A stretch of 64,000 nt of DNA, taken from assembly GCA_040285855.1 (NCBI GenBank), contig JAUFOQ010000005.1, forward strand, positions 2,232,001 through 2,296,000, given 5' to 3'. A program made the translations under genes and the position numbers. Position 1 is the first letter of the stretch, and the number at the start of each line of letters is the position of its first letter. Source of the DNA: Eukaryota sp. GEM-RC1. Its lineage: Eukaryota. The notes under the pieces were generated by a model. The model was given only the letters and a program-made list of their open reading frames with translations. It had not been told where the DNA came from and searched no databases. Positions 14,180 through 26,303 of this stretch are shown here, piece after piece.

Positions 14180-14485
14180 ATATTCTAAGTTGTTATTTGT
14201 TCGATTTGCAATTTCAATTTGTGGAAATATTGGTCCAGCCGGTTTAAAGTTTTTCAGTCATTGTAGTCTTTTATGTCGTTCTAATGGTAAGGTGTTTAAT
14301 AGTGATGTATAGATTAATCCAATTATGTTCGCTCTTTATAGAAGCATTCCCAAGTATGAATGTTCCATTTATTCCAAGTTGTATAGGGACAATTCTCGTG
14401 TTGACGTGGAGAATTTAACTTCTTTCATTTTCTGAACTACAAGTAGTTTGTATTAATTTATTGTTGCAAATAAACTCTTTTTTTT
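14180..14485 (+). mobile_element. CRE-like retrotransposon 3' fragment (same family as 40845-41210)
   Basis: Shares atttgcaatttcaatt...ggtccagccggttt...aaataaactctt with the 40.9-41.2 kb copy. Confidence 0.75.
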
Positions 14486-15905
14486 ACTTTAAAAAACTGG
14501 TAAATCGGTTTGAGAAAATGTTCTCATTTGCGCTAATAAAGTGTCAATGTCACATTTATGACGGAACAGCCGTAAGATATAATGACACTAGCAATACTTC
14601 TTGATTCAGCAGGAATTTGTTGTTGAATGTCAGTGTCGTTTTTGATGTTCAGTTCTTGAAACCGTTCATTACGACAGTGCTTAGTGACACTCTTTTCCGA
14701 AACAGAAGTCTTTCCTTTACAGAAGGTTAATGAACTTCCAAACCTCTCAGACTGAATCGACCTCATCGAAGTGACTTTCAGAAACCTTTCTTTTTAGATT
14801 ATGGAGTTCAAACTGATTCCAATCAAAGTTACTCTTTTAGTGATGAAGAGCTCGATTGTCCAAGCTGACTTAAATTGTAAAAGACAGGTTAGTGACAAAA
14901 TATTCTTCATCTTACGATAATTCAAATTTATCATAAATTATTTATGACATATTTGTTCAATCAACTGGTACATGTACTTATTTGTTTGGTAATATGATTT
15001 CTTACTCTTCAAATATTCTTCATTGATGTTGAATTTCGGGATGAAATGGACCTAACTGAATCAAAATGATAACGTGATATTACGTGGTGGCGATCGATGG
15101 ATGTTCTTTTAACTTTACCAATTCAAGTTGGTCATTTAGACTAAATGCAATAAAAGAACTTCGTGTTTATTAAGAATTAGATTTAATTACTGTATATAAC
15201 TTCTGCAATGTAGTAGAGATTGGCAGTTTGTAGTCAATTGAATTTACTACATTACAATACAAAAGAAAAGAAAATAAAGTACGCACGAAGATCAGTTGAT
15301 ATCATGTGATATCTGTATTCAAAAATACGAACACAGTTGTAGAGGTCGTAGCATAATGAGAAGTCAGCCTGAGTTGAGACTAAATAGCATGGAGGATATC
15401 TTCTAACTTTGTCTAGAGTAGTCAACAAGAAACCTGTGAGATTTTAACCTACTACCTTAAGAAGGACTGACTGAAACCCGTTTCATATCTTTTTTTTTGA
15501 AAGGATACTCTAAGGACATTAGAACAATTATCATGCAGAGTTGCTGTTCTTGTTTATGACGATCTCATTTCAATCTATTCTTTTCTTTTTGCTTCTCCTC
15601 GGCTACGATCCTAACCTAAATCATCGCAGTAACGGTTAACCACCTTACACCGTCAATTCGATGTTTTTCCTCCGAGTTTTCTACTTACTGTACTCTTATG
15701 GAGATGTTCTGCTCCTCGAAAAAAGTTCCCCTAATATATCGTGTTTTCATGTGATTTCTCTTCAGCTTCTACCGTAGCTCTTTTAAAACAAAGTGTTCAC
15801 ATTCTTCTACTCTACTTGTTCTCATCCGCTAGTGAAATCACTAGTTTACTTAAGGGTGTGGGAGTACTCATTTAATCTAACTAATCTATTCTACTGACTC
15901 CTAGG

Positions 15906-16063
15906 CAGTGAACGCCAACACGTAACACGCGTGTTAGTACGTGGTAGGAATTGTCGTTGAGTCAGGAACCAGCAAAAATTCTTATAACACAAACACGTCC
16001 TAACACGTAACACGCGTGTTAACACGTGTTAGAATCAATTTTGTTACGTGTTAGCGTTCACTG
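15906..16063. mobile_element. MITE with ~21-bp TIRs
   Basis: CAGTGAACGCCAACACGTAAC ... GTTACGTGTTAGCGTTCACTG (1 mismatch). Internal aacacgtaacacgcgtgtt repeats. No clear TSD. Confidence 0.75.
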
Positions 16064-16069
16064 CGTTTT

Positions 16070-17366
16070 AGTGACTTTTTGTTCAACAATAATCTTGTTA
16101 AATGGTTCCAGTCAGTTGTGGAAGAAAGTTCCATTACTCAGAATCATTTTTTTTTAATTTTGAAATATATACGTTTTAAAAGTAGTATTTGAACGATCTA
16201 AATCCTTGATTTGAGCAGTGCCACTTTCAGTCCTTTAAGTTGTGAAACATTGACTTTTTGTAGAAAACATCACTAAGAGTTACAGTGAAATTCAATCATC
16301 CAGATCAGCTTTTCATCAATTCTGCCCATACAGTATTCTTGATGTTCTCAATGCTTTAAACGAAGACTATGTTGACGTGTCACTGTAAGAGACTCTTCAA
16401 TGGACTGATAAAGTGTTAGAATTTGAAAAAATCAGTCACTGGAAACCGTCATTTGGGAATGAACAGAACTTCAAATAAAGCAACTGTTCCCAGCAAACCG
16501 AGATCGGATGAAGCTAACAAACGAGTTGGGACAATCGAGCCAACCGGATAACAGTCTCCATTTGAAAGTAGTGTAAATGTAAAGTAGGTCATCAATTGAT
16601 CATCTTGAACAGCCCTTTCGTACTCAAGCATTGTTCGAGTTTTCCCTAACTCATTACTACCAATGAGTGAAAGAACATTTGAGTGATAAAGAACCCCTTG
16701 AATATTGAATATTGTATTTTAATTCCAAGAAGAAGTGTTGTGAAGTCAGGAGTATTCGAAAAAAAAGTCAACATTAGACATGTGTTGACTAGATTAAAGT
16801 ATTACCGCTCAAGACTGTTCCACCATGCACGGTGGACAAATCCACAGTATTATCACTGATAATTTTTTCGGTTTGTACTTTGTTATCGGCAGAATAGAGG
16901 TTGTGGACGTTCTTCAAATGGCATTTTAAACCATTATCTGATGTTCTCAGGGAGAATTTAGATGAACAACCTTGGAACGAGCACTGTCTTTTTTGGATTT
17001 CAGAGCCGTTTTCTACTATGGTAATGACACGAAATAAGGATCGCACAGATTGGTTAACCATTGAAGTATGACAAACAAAAATGAACAAAGTTAGTGAAGA
17101 TAACGATACCTAGTAGATATTTTCACAGATTTCTCTTCAATAAACAATAAACACTTCTTTCTTCTTTATAAGACGTTAAGTAAACCGCTTTTATTTGCCC
17201 GTTACAGTAAACGACTTTTATAAATACATACGATAGTATCGACTTAGACTTAAAAAAGCAGGTAAGTCAATTAGTACTACTCGAGTAGTACTTGATATAC
17301 TCTACCCAAATACTCTACTCGTGTATATACTCAGTAGTACTTGAGTAGAGTATTTTTCCATCACTA
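16070..17366 (-). mobile_element. Decayed hAT element with BED zinc-finger transposase remnant
   Basis: CSFQGCSSKFSLRTSDNGLKCHLKNVH (BED finger). hAT-like end TAGTGATGG at 17366 with tactc/gagta subterminal repeats. Confidence 0.65.
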
Positions 17367-17499
17367 ATTATCAGTATCAAACCTGGGTCATTACGGTAAC
17401 TGGACAAACTGTAAACAATGGATTGGAGAACTTCTGTTCTGATGGCCAAGCAGCATATTCTTATGATAGAAGTTGGTTCATTTTTGTTTATTCAAAAAT

Positions 17500-17640
17500 A
17501 GAAAGAGATGATCTAATACTCAATATCATCAAAACAAGATTCCTTCGAATCGAACCTTGTTGAAGCTTTGTCTTCATAAAACACACTTAGCGATAACAAA
17601 GCTTTTGAAATCATTGTGGGAACTGCCAAACATTAGTTCA
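17500..17640 (-). mobile_element. CRE-like retrotransposon 3' fragment (related to 22065-22537 and 56205-56450)
   Basis: Reverse complement of ~22375-22500 (gcagttcccacaatgatttcaaaagctttgttatc...). Confidence 0.75.
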
Positions 17641-17954
17641 TTTTGATAGTAAATACGACCTGTCCTGGTAGAGATCTTTTTTAACCAGCCAACCAGAATC
17701 TCTCGGTTGACTATGCAGTCTTTAAGCATCTTTAAAGAGGACTGGACAGGTGTAAGGTGATAAACCCTTCATAATGGCTCTTTTTTCTTGATTCGCAATT
17801 CCAATTTCATAGAGTGTTCGATGTACAATAACGAGGTATAAATAAAAACTTATGTAGAACTGTTGTCCTCCTTTAATCACGCTTTTTGTATTATTATTTG
17901 TTTTAATTATTTCTCAGTCGTAATTTTTGTTAGTCCAAAAGGAAAACCCTAACT

Positions 17955-18660
17955 TGTATTCTCCAAGTATTGTTTGAACAGGACAAAAAGAGCGGAGAGA
18001 ATTTGGTTAGATGAACTACAATTTCGTAAACTGCAATGCAATAGGTCTATAAACCTGATCTCCATTCACTTGAAATTTTTAAAGAATTGTGATATACACT
18101 TGAAATTATTTTCCAGAATAACAAATTTGCTCACGTCATCTATTTACAGCTGTCTTCATGATATTAGTTAAGATTCAACTGTTGATTGTAATTGAATCAA
18201 ATACTACATGTGCGTGATAGCGAATTAACAAAGCACTTTCTGAAGATTTTCACTATATATGACGGTCTTTAAGAATGACTCTGATAGAAACAGTAAACGT
18301 TTGTGTATTTAACTCTCGCTCGTTCAGAATTAAAAATGAAAGTTCTTTGGAGATTGTCACAGCCTTGTCAAGTTGACTATGATAAACCCAATAATCAATC
18401 GATGAGGCTTCTTTACAGAATACTTTAAAATATATTCGCTCGTTTCTCTTACTCGCCTACATGGCGTTTAAATAAGACTGTTCTAGAATAAAAAGAAATC
18501 AGTTTCGTGATGGTTGGTGTGATGTGACGTATCTTAAGTTACTCTAGAGACAACTGTGGTGACTTGACGGGTTTAATAGAACTTATCTGGTCCACATGAA
18601 CACTATCTTAGCGTCCGAGACTTGTTTTGATACTTGGGAAATTTTGGTGGGAAATAGGAA
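17955..18660 (-). repeat. Copy of the long hairpin-ended dispersed repeat family (distal part)
   Basis: Reverse complement of ~62740-63440 (e.g. aaaacaagtctcggacgctaag, gaaacgagcgaatatatttta, tgtcctgttcaaa). Confidence 0.7.
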
Positions 18661-18679
18661 AACATCAAATTTGCTCACG

Positions 18680-19572
18680 GCTCAGCTGCAGGCATTAGCC
18701 AGCCGGCTGCGGCTTACAACACATTTTAGCCAGCTCAAGCCAGCTGAAGCCGGCTCAGCCTCATCGAGTTTTGTTTCGAGTATTTAGGCTAACTGCTTAA
18801 ACGTGTTATTGACTTGTTGGTTGATTTATCAGTAAAATGATACAGAACCATTGTTAATGACAACTACACCGAGTATCAGAACGAAACAATACTGATACCA
18901 TTGATCAGTACATTCCAGTTTTCACAGATTTTACAGGTCACATATTTTTGTGATTATCACTTATATACTTGACGGTTAGTTATCGCTTGAATCTGTGAAA
19001 CAATCGAAACACCACTATGGAATTGGCTGTCTGCCTAAAATATGACAACAGTACGATAGTACTTTTGAGAAGGAGCTTAATTAGTCCTAAAGAAACAAAG
19101 TCGTTGGAGGAAGAGCTCTGACGGACTCTAGGTTTTTTACTGTCTCGGAACACAAGTATAGCGGTTTATTTGGAAGTAAAAGATGTAATAGACATATAAC
19201 GTGTCAGAAATAGACACTGCGACAATGTACATAAGGCATTGAATGTATTTCAAGTGCCCCCAAGAAAAACAGTAGGGCCAATATTCGGCACATATCAACT
19301 ATATGCACCGATTCTATTTTTGCTCGAACGTTGATAAACATTAGTAGCCTTAAACTGTTCTAAGATGCGCTGTTAATGATTATTTTCGATTTCTAAATTG
19401 ATTATTCGTTCTTTATTAGTTATGTTTTCAGAGAACCTAAAATATTCGGCTTGAGCCGGCTCAAAATCTTTTTAGCCAGCCGGCTTGCAGCTGGAAATAT
19501 TTCTATACTAGACCAGTCGACTGGCTCCGCTAGCCGGCTAAGTTGGCTAGATTGAGCCGGCTCCCATCTCTA
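18680..19572. mobile_element. hAT-like non-autonomous element with AGCCGGCT subterminal repeats
   Basis: Clusters of agccggct/agccagc at both ends. Right end CCCATCTCTA is hAT-like. Left TIR not seen. Confidence 0.6.
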
Positions 19573-19739
19573 TTATTTAGGTCCCATTGGTTACCACTAC
19601 TTGTTGTTGGTTTATGTAAGTTTCTTGATGATGGGAGCAATTCCCATCATTTATTGTTTAAGATTCCAAAGTTTTATCTCAATTTCATTCTTCTCGCACT
19701 AATGTCAGTAGACAATGTGTCGACTCGCCTTCAATTCGT

Positions 19740-20710
19740 TGTTTGATATGGCTCTGAGAGCCCACCGACTTAACATGAAAGTTTACTAAAGTTAGTTTGA
19801 GAAAAGACAACTTACCCAGAAGCACACTATCGTGCTCTGGTAATCTGGTTAGCTGACAGTGAATGTCAGCTAACCATGCTGCCACCATGATGCGAGAACC
19901 ATCATGGTCTTCTACACATACATTGGCAACTGTTTGTGGTGGAAAATAACTCGAAACAATTCATTGAAATCATTGACGACCACAAGCCTTTTTTTCGAAG
20001 AGCTTCTGTGTTCATTGAAGTTTTAAAACTTCCAAAGTCTTTTTAGTCTGTTGAAGTTGATCTGGTTCTGACAAAGACAATGGCAATAGTAGAAATCTAA
20101 CAACCACACTAACAGGACCTGAATTATCAGGGTCCCACCTGCAGTGAACTGAATACGGCATCTTTGACATATAAGATTCTTCTGCCAAAGAACGTCTCTC
20201 CTCTTTCTCATTGTTACTGGGTAAAAAAGAGATACATCATCACTGTCCATAAAAGTGAATGGGTTGGAAGGATGTTCTAACATTTTAATAAGTTTCAAAA
20301 TGTCAGTGGAGCGCGCAGGTGAATAAGTGGTAATTGCTGGGTTAGGGTTAGAGGAGTTGCCATCAGAAACTTCGGCAGGCATTGAACGATTCTTCGCAGC
20401 TGGTCTTAGCTGGACAGCTGGTTTCTTGGGGTATTTCGTCATTAAGGTGACCACCTGTTGTTCATCACAGGCAGTAATATTCTTTATCAAAGTGCCAGGG
20501 CCGGCATTGATTTGTAGAAAAGATCCAGTGATGTGGCTTTGGAAACCAACTGACTTCACTTGAAAGTTTGCTGCGGTTAATAGATTAATAAAACATACCA
20601 AGAAGCACACTATCGTGCTCTGGAAGCCTGATCAACTGACAACGAATGTCAGCTAACAAGCTGCCACCATGATGCGGGATCCATCATGATCCTCCACGCA
20701 TACATTTGCC
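19740..20710 (-). repeat. Repeated coding-like segment of unknown family with an internal direct duplication
   Basis: ~19820-19930 is duplicated at ~20600-20710. ~19935-20330 is the reverse complement of ~57195-57597 (TYSPARSTDILKLIKM...ICQRCRI). Confidence 0.7.
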
Positions 20711-20856
20711 ACCATTCCATAATCGTTTGTGGTTTCTCCAACCACAGTGACGACCTTTACGATCAGGGCTCCTGTAAAGTGGTTCTGGAAACGCTTCTCG
20801 AATCAGAAAGTATGAAGTACCTTTCAAGTCAAATAGAAACCGAAATCAATTTCAAC

Positions 20857-21770
20857 CATAGTTGTACTTCACAAATCACACTGTGATCACAAATGTGCAA
20901 AAATGGTCGGATTATTGTGATCACAATTGTTCACGCCAAACTTGGGTCCTAACTTGTTCATTTATCAGATGTTAGTCAAATAAATGGAAAAAAGACGACA
21001 TGTAATCTATTTGGGTTGATTACTGAACCAAGTACATCTTTTTCTTAAAGAGGTTTCACGCTGAAGTGTTTGTCTTAGTCATATGAATAGAGAAAAGTGA
21101 ATTTATAACGCTAAAAATGAGGCTAATTACACTAACAAGAACCGGAAAAATAGAAAACTTGCTCCCTCCTTCTTTCCTCTATCTAAATGCAGTCATGTCT
21201 GAGTGGCAGATGCTCATTCTGAACCCAAAGAATTAGATTTTTGTTTTTTTTTGTTTTTTTTGGTTTTGTTTGTTTGTTTGTTTGTTTGTTTGTTTGTTTG
21301 TTTGCAGGCTTGTAAATATGTCTGATAATCATTTAGATGATGTTTATGGAGTTTATTTTATCTATTGAAGCAAGAAGAAAGAAATCTGTATTTCACGCAA
21401 TTTAAAACATTTTTAGAAGAAGATATCAACCATTTTGTGCGTTGTGTTGTTGACTCAGACGAAGATGATGCCAATGTGGAAGAAATAGTGAATTGTCCAA
21501 CAAAAAAACTAGCAGTAATAATAAGTAGATTATTGATGAAATTAAGTAGAAGTAAACATGTCTTCTTTAAGTTTGTGATAAATTAGCATTTGTTTCACTG
21601 TTGTTAGAGATCAAATCGTCGGAAGCTAAGTCACAATAGGATAATAACATAACATCACTAAACTTTTCATACTGGGTGTGATTGTTGTGATCATTGTTAT
21701 CACCCTTTGTGATTGTGATTTGTAATCACAAATCACAAAACAGATCAAACTTTTGTGAAGTACAACTATG
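20857..21770. mobile_element. Non-autonomous hAT element, 19-bp perfect TIRs, 8-bp TSD
   Basis: CATAGTTGTACTTCACAAA ... TTTGTGAAGTACAACTATG. ATTTCAAC on both sides. tcaca/tgtga subterminal repeats. Confidence 0.92.
21240..21304 (+). repeat. T-rich / (TTTG)n microsatellite
   Basis: Directly visible tandem tttg array inside the hAT element. Confidence 0.9.
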
Positions 21771-22064
21771 ATTTCAACACAATAAATTTCAGTAGTTTAA
21801 TAATATTCAGTTTTTTGTTTTTGTGAAAGGTTTGGCAGTTTCTGGTTATAAATTGGATCATAATCGACGACACTTACACTTTGACTAATTATGGACTCGT
21901 CATCATCCTGCACAACAACATCTGTCCTATTAGAGGAGACATTTTCGTCATCACTGACAATACATTTGTCTTATTTTGCTGCGTCTGTTCACTAAAAGAA
22001 ACAAAACAATAGATCTGTAAGAATCGCTCATAACATCAAAAATAAACATCAATACTTCCCAATA

Positions 22065-22537
22065 CTTTCAGTTATCGATGTTGTTTCAGTGGATGTTTGC
22101 AAAAAAAGTTGTAACAAGTTTAATACAAAGGAAATCTCACCTTTAGACATTGCTGAAAATAACAAGCAAAGAAAGTATGCTGATCCTTTGAAAGACCTGA
22201 AACACATTGTCCATGTTGAATATTCACTTGTCCCATTTGCGATTTCCGTATATGGTAGATTATGCAAATTGGCCTTGAAGTTCCTTGATGAATTTGCAAA
22301 AGTTGTAGCTCCTAGAACCAACAAAATATTTGATCGTTCTTTTGGCAGAACCGAATTGTCTTTACGATTCTAAAGGCAGTTCCCACAATGATTTCAAAAG
22401 CTTTGTTATCCCTAAGTGTGTTTTATGAAGACAAAGCTTCAACAAGGTTCGATTCGAAGGAATCTTGTTTTGATGACATTGAGTATTAGATCATCTTCTT
22501 TTTAGTTTCGAATAAAAAAACATATAACAAAAAAAAG
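22065..22537 (+). mobile_element. 5'-truncated CRE-like RLE retrotransposon with 10-bp TSD
   Basis: DVVSVDVC...SPLDIAENNKQRKY...VPFAISVYG. A-rich tail. CTTCCCAATA at 22055-22064 and 22538-22547. Confidence 0.88.
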
Positions 22538-24001
22538 CTTCCCAATAAAGTTGCAATTCCTAAAAACGACAACTTCAAGACTTAAGGTATGAAGGTCTTT
22601 AATACTATATCTAAAGTACATTCGTTCCTTTCCATTACCAATTACATTTGCAAGTGACACAATGCAGTTAAATATACTGAAAAACATGGTGAATTAATAC
22701 GTTTCAAAAATCAGACTATCATATCAGCTTTCTTTTAAGAATTAAAAGAATTAAAAAAAAGAGTTTATTGAAACATTGTATTTTTTTAAAAAAATGTAAT
22801 AATCCCCTAATTTTTCTTGTCGTTATTTCTGATGTAGTGGAACATATGTTCAAAACGCAGATTCACAAATTTTGGTGCTTATAAATCTGAATGGCATATC
22901 TGTAAAAACTCAAATAAGGTACATCAGAGCTAATGACGTCAACATCACAAGAGACAAGAATAAGTTCTGAATAAAAAATTAACAGAGAGCAACTAAAATG
23001 GACGCATAGAAAGTACCGAAGCCAAGTAGGCAATTACCTATAAATAGGATCACCTAGCCTGACATGGGTGTACTGATGGTTTACACTTGTGTTGAATCAA
23101 TAAGCAGGAGTCATTCGAGGTCATTACTCATTTTGATAAAAGAAGAAAGTATTTGGCAAAATTGTGATTTATTTCCAAGAAATTTTGCACAACAAGAAGG
23201 GTGCTCTATTGTACTGTTGATTAAGAATTACTGATTTAGGTTATTGTTGAAAAACGTCATCATTATATGGGTGAAGTCGTTTGGCTTTAGTCTTGGTATA
23301 ATTTGTTGTTTTTACAACTTCATAGTTTTGTGAGAATGTTACCTTTTGGGTACAGAATAAAGTTTCTCAGAATTACTGATTATTTATACTGAAATTATTA
23401 GTGAATTTAATAACTCAAAATTGTTTGAATTTGTGCAGCGAGTTCAACTAACTAATACAGCTGTGTGTCATAACAATATGGAATCTATATCGGAATATGT
23501 GTACTAGAAACAACATAACTGAATTTAAAGTGTTGCAAAGAAACTGTTCTTTCTCCCAATTATACTGTTGACCTGTCATGAATCGTTATTACCCAAACCA
23601 CATACTGATATCATATTCCTGAAATGCTGAAATGAAGATCGTGTCAGAAACAGACAATACAAAGTAATAATACCAGTCCAATCAATTCAAAAACATCACC
23701 TTAAGTCTATTCGCTGCTCAATGAGTTGAAAGAAAGTTCTTAAAACAGTGGAAACACGAGTGTTGTCGAAACACTACATGTAGCTTCATTAACCCAATTG
23801 TTCTCCACTTGGTCTTAGACAGAGGTCAATATTTTTTTGGCAAATCAATTCGAATTGAGTTGTAGTGTTTTATAGTTACGTGTGAATTCCATTGTTTTTT
23901 ATTGCTGACTAAATAATTCAGGGAGCTCACAAAGCAATGCTTAATCTAGATTTATCAAAATTCACACATGTTTAGAAAAACAAACAATAAACTATAGTTA
24001 T

Positions 24002-26219
24002 CTACATAGAACCGTGGAATGTTCGGGACAAAACTTCTTCTTGTTGGGCTCTGGTCAATCGGTTGAAATTGACAGCATAACCAGAAACTCTGATAGTCAA
24101 TTGAGGATAATTCTCAGGATGTTCCATAGCGTCAATCAAAACTTCACGTCTGAGAGCATTGACGTTGATATGAAAACCGTTTTGCTTAATATATCCATCA
24201 AGCATAGCGGTCAAATTGGAGATTTGCTCTTCCTTAGATTTACCCAAAGCATTAGGCAAAATAGAGAAAGTGTTGGAGATACCATCTCTGCAATCATCAT
24301 AGTTGATCTTGGCAACAGAGTTTAAGGAAGCAATAGCACCAGTCTTATCACGTCCATGCATGGGGTTGGCTCCGGGGGCAAAGGCTTCTCCTAATCTACG
24401 ACCGTCAGGGGTGTTACCAGTCTTCTTTCCATAGACAACGTTAGAAGTAATGGTAAGGATGGAGAGAGTATGGGTGGAGTTTCTGTAAGTGGGGTTCTTA
24501 CGGATTCTTTCAATGAATTCATGGCAAAGGCTGACAGCGAAGGAATCAGCTCTATCGTCATCATTTCCATAACAGGGGAATTCACCTTCAATCTTGTAAT
24601 CAACGACGAGTCCCTTTTCATTTCTAATGGGATAGACCTTGGCGTACTTGATGGCAGAGAGAGCATCAGCAACAACGGAGAGACCAGCAATACCGAAAGC
24701 CATTAATCTTTCAACATAAGTGTCATGAAGAGACATCATAGCAGCTTCATAAGCATACTTGTCATGAGAGTAATGGATGATGTTCATGGTGTTAACATAA
24801 AGTTCAGTGAGCCATTCCATATACTTGAGGAAGTATTGCCAGACCTTGTCGAATTCAAGAGGACCATCTCCTTCAACGGGGGTACCGAATTGAGGACCAA
24901 CTTGTTGTTCACTAATTTCATCAACACCATTGTTGATGGTATAGAGTAAAAGCTTAGCCAAGTTACAGCGAGCACCAAAGAACTGCATTTGTTTTCCAAT
25001 AGCCATAGCAGATACACAGCAAGCAATGGCGTAATCAGATCCGTACAATCCTCTCATCATATCGTCATTTTCATATTGAATAGAAGAAGTGTCGATAGAA
25101 ACCTTTGAACAGAAGTCACGGAAGTTCTTGGGGAGTTTGTCAGACCACAAAATAGTGAGATTGGGTTCAGGGGCAGGTCCCAAGTTGTAGAGAGTTTGGA
25201 GGATACGGAAGGAAGTACGAGTAACCATATGTTTACCTTCTTGGTCAACACCTGCTAAGACACAGGTAACCCATGTGGGATCACCGGCGAAGAGATCATT
25301 GTATTCGGGAGTTCTTAAGTGACGGACAAGTCTGAGCTTAACAACGAAATGATCAATGAATTCCTGAACTTGTTCTTCAGTGAAAGTTCCGTTTTCCAAA
25401 TCACGTTCAATGTAGTAGTCAAAGAAACCATCAGGGCGACCGAAAGACATAGCGGCACCATCAGCTTGCTTAATTGCGGCGAGATATCCATAGTAAGTCC
25501 ATTGAATAGCCTCCTGGGAGTTTTGGGCAGGTTTGGAGATATCATGACCATAGATCTCAGCCATTTTCTTCATCTGCTTTAAGGACTTGATTTGTTCAGC
25601 GACTTCTTCATGGAGTCTCATGTTGTCTTCAAGCATAGTCTTGGGAAGATTTTCTTTGTCTTGTAACTTTTCTTGAACGAGACGGTCAATACCGTACAGA
25701 GCAATTCTTCTGTAATCACCGATAATTCTACCTCTCATATAGCCATCAGGAAGACCAGTAATGATTCCAGATTTACGGGCAGATCTCATTTCAGCTGTGT
25801 ACATATCGAAAACACCATCATTATGAGTCTTGGCGTATTCAGTGAAGACTTTTTCGGTTTCTTCGTTCATAGTGTAACCATAAGACTTACAGGCAGTGGC
25901 AGTAACACGAACACCTCCAGCACATTTCATGCTAATGTGAGGCAGTAACACAAAACATACGTTCTTTGAAGAGGGGCCTCTCCTTGGAATCCAACGATAG
26001 TTTCGAGTTCCTTGTCAATATATCCCGCACCATGAGAAACAATGGTGGAAGGTCTGACAGTGTCGAGGTCTAGAAGACCTTTTTCAATTCTTCATTGAGA
26101 ACAGCAGCAGTCTTGACCATCATGGCCTTAGTTCTTTCAGTGGGACCAGCAAGGAAGGATGCATCACCTTCATAAGGCTTGAGATGTTCTTTTACAAAGG
26201 AAGCGACGTCAATTGTCAT
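24002..26219 (-). CDS. pflB: Pyruvate formate-lyase (formate C-acetyltransferase); intron 25932-25960; apparent 1-nt indel at ~26085
   Basis: Active-site IACCVS and glycyl-radical IRVSGYAV, plus [17 protein letters not shown]. Exon 1 reads [30 protein letters not shown]. Splicing gives [15 protein letters not shown]. Confidence 0.96.
25932..25960 (-). other. 29-nt spliceosomal intron
   Basis: GTATGTTTTGTGTTACTGCCTCACATTAG. Removal restores the PFL frame. Confidence 0.9.
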
Positions 26220-26303
26220 GTTGAAAATTGGTTTTCATTTCTTTCAAAACAGTTTTTCCATAAACGTCTTTTCACCCACCTAGAATTACCTTAGTTTTGT
26301 ACC

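Noticed and set aside
20338..20352. GGGTTAGGGTTAG telomere-like sequence
   Set aside because: Only two units, inside a coding-like repeat (NPNP).
24014..25948. Several ORFs overlapping or antisense to PFL
   Set aside because: Shadow frames caused by strong codon bias in a real gene.
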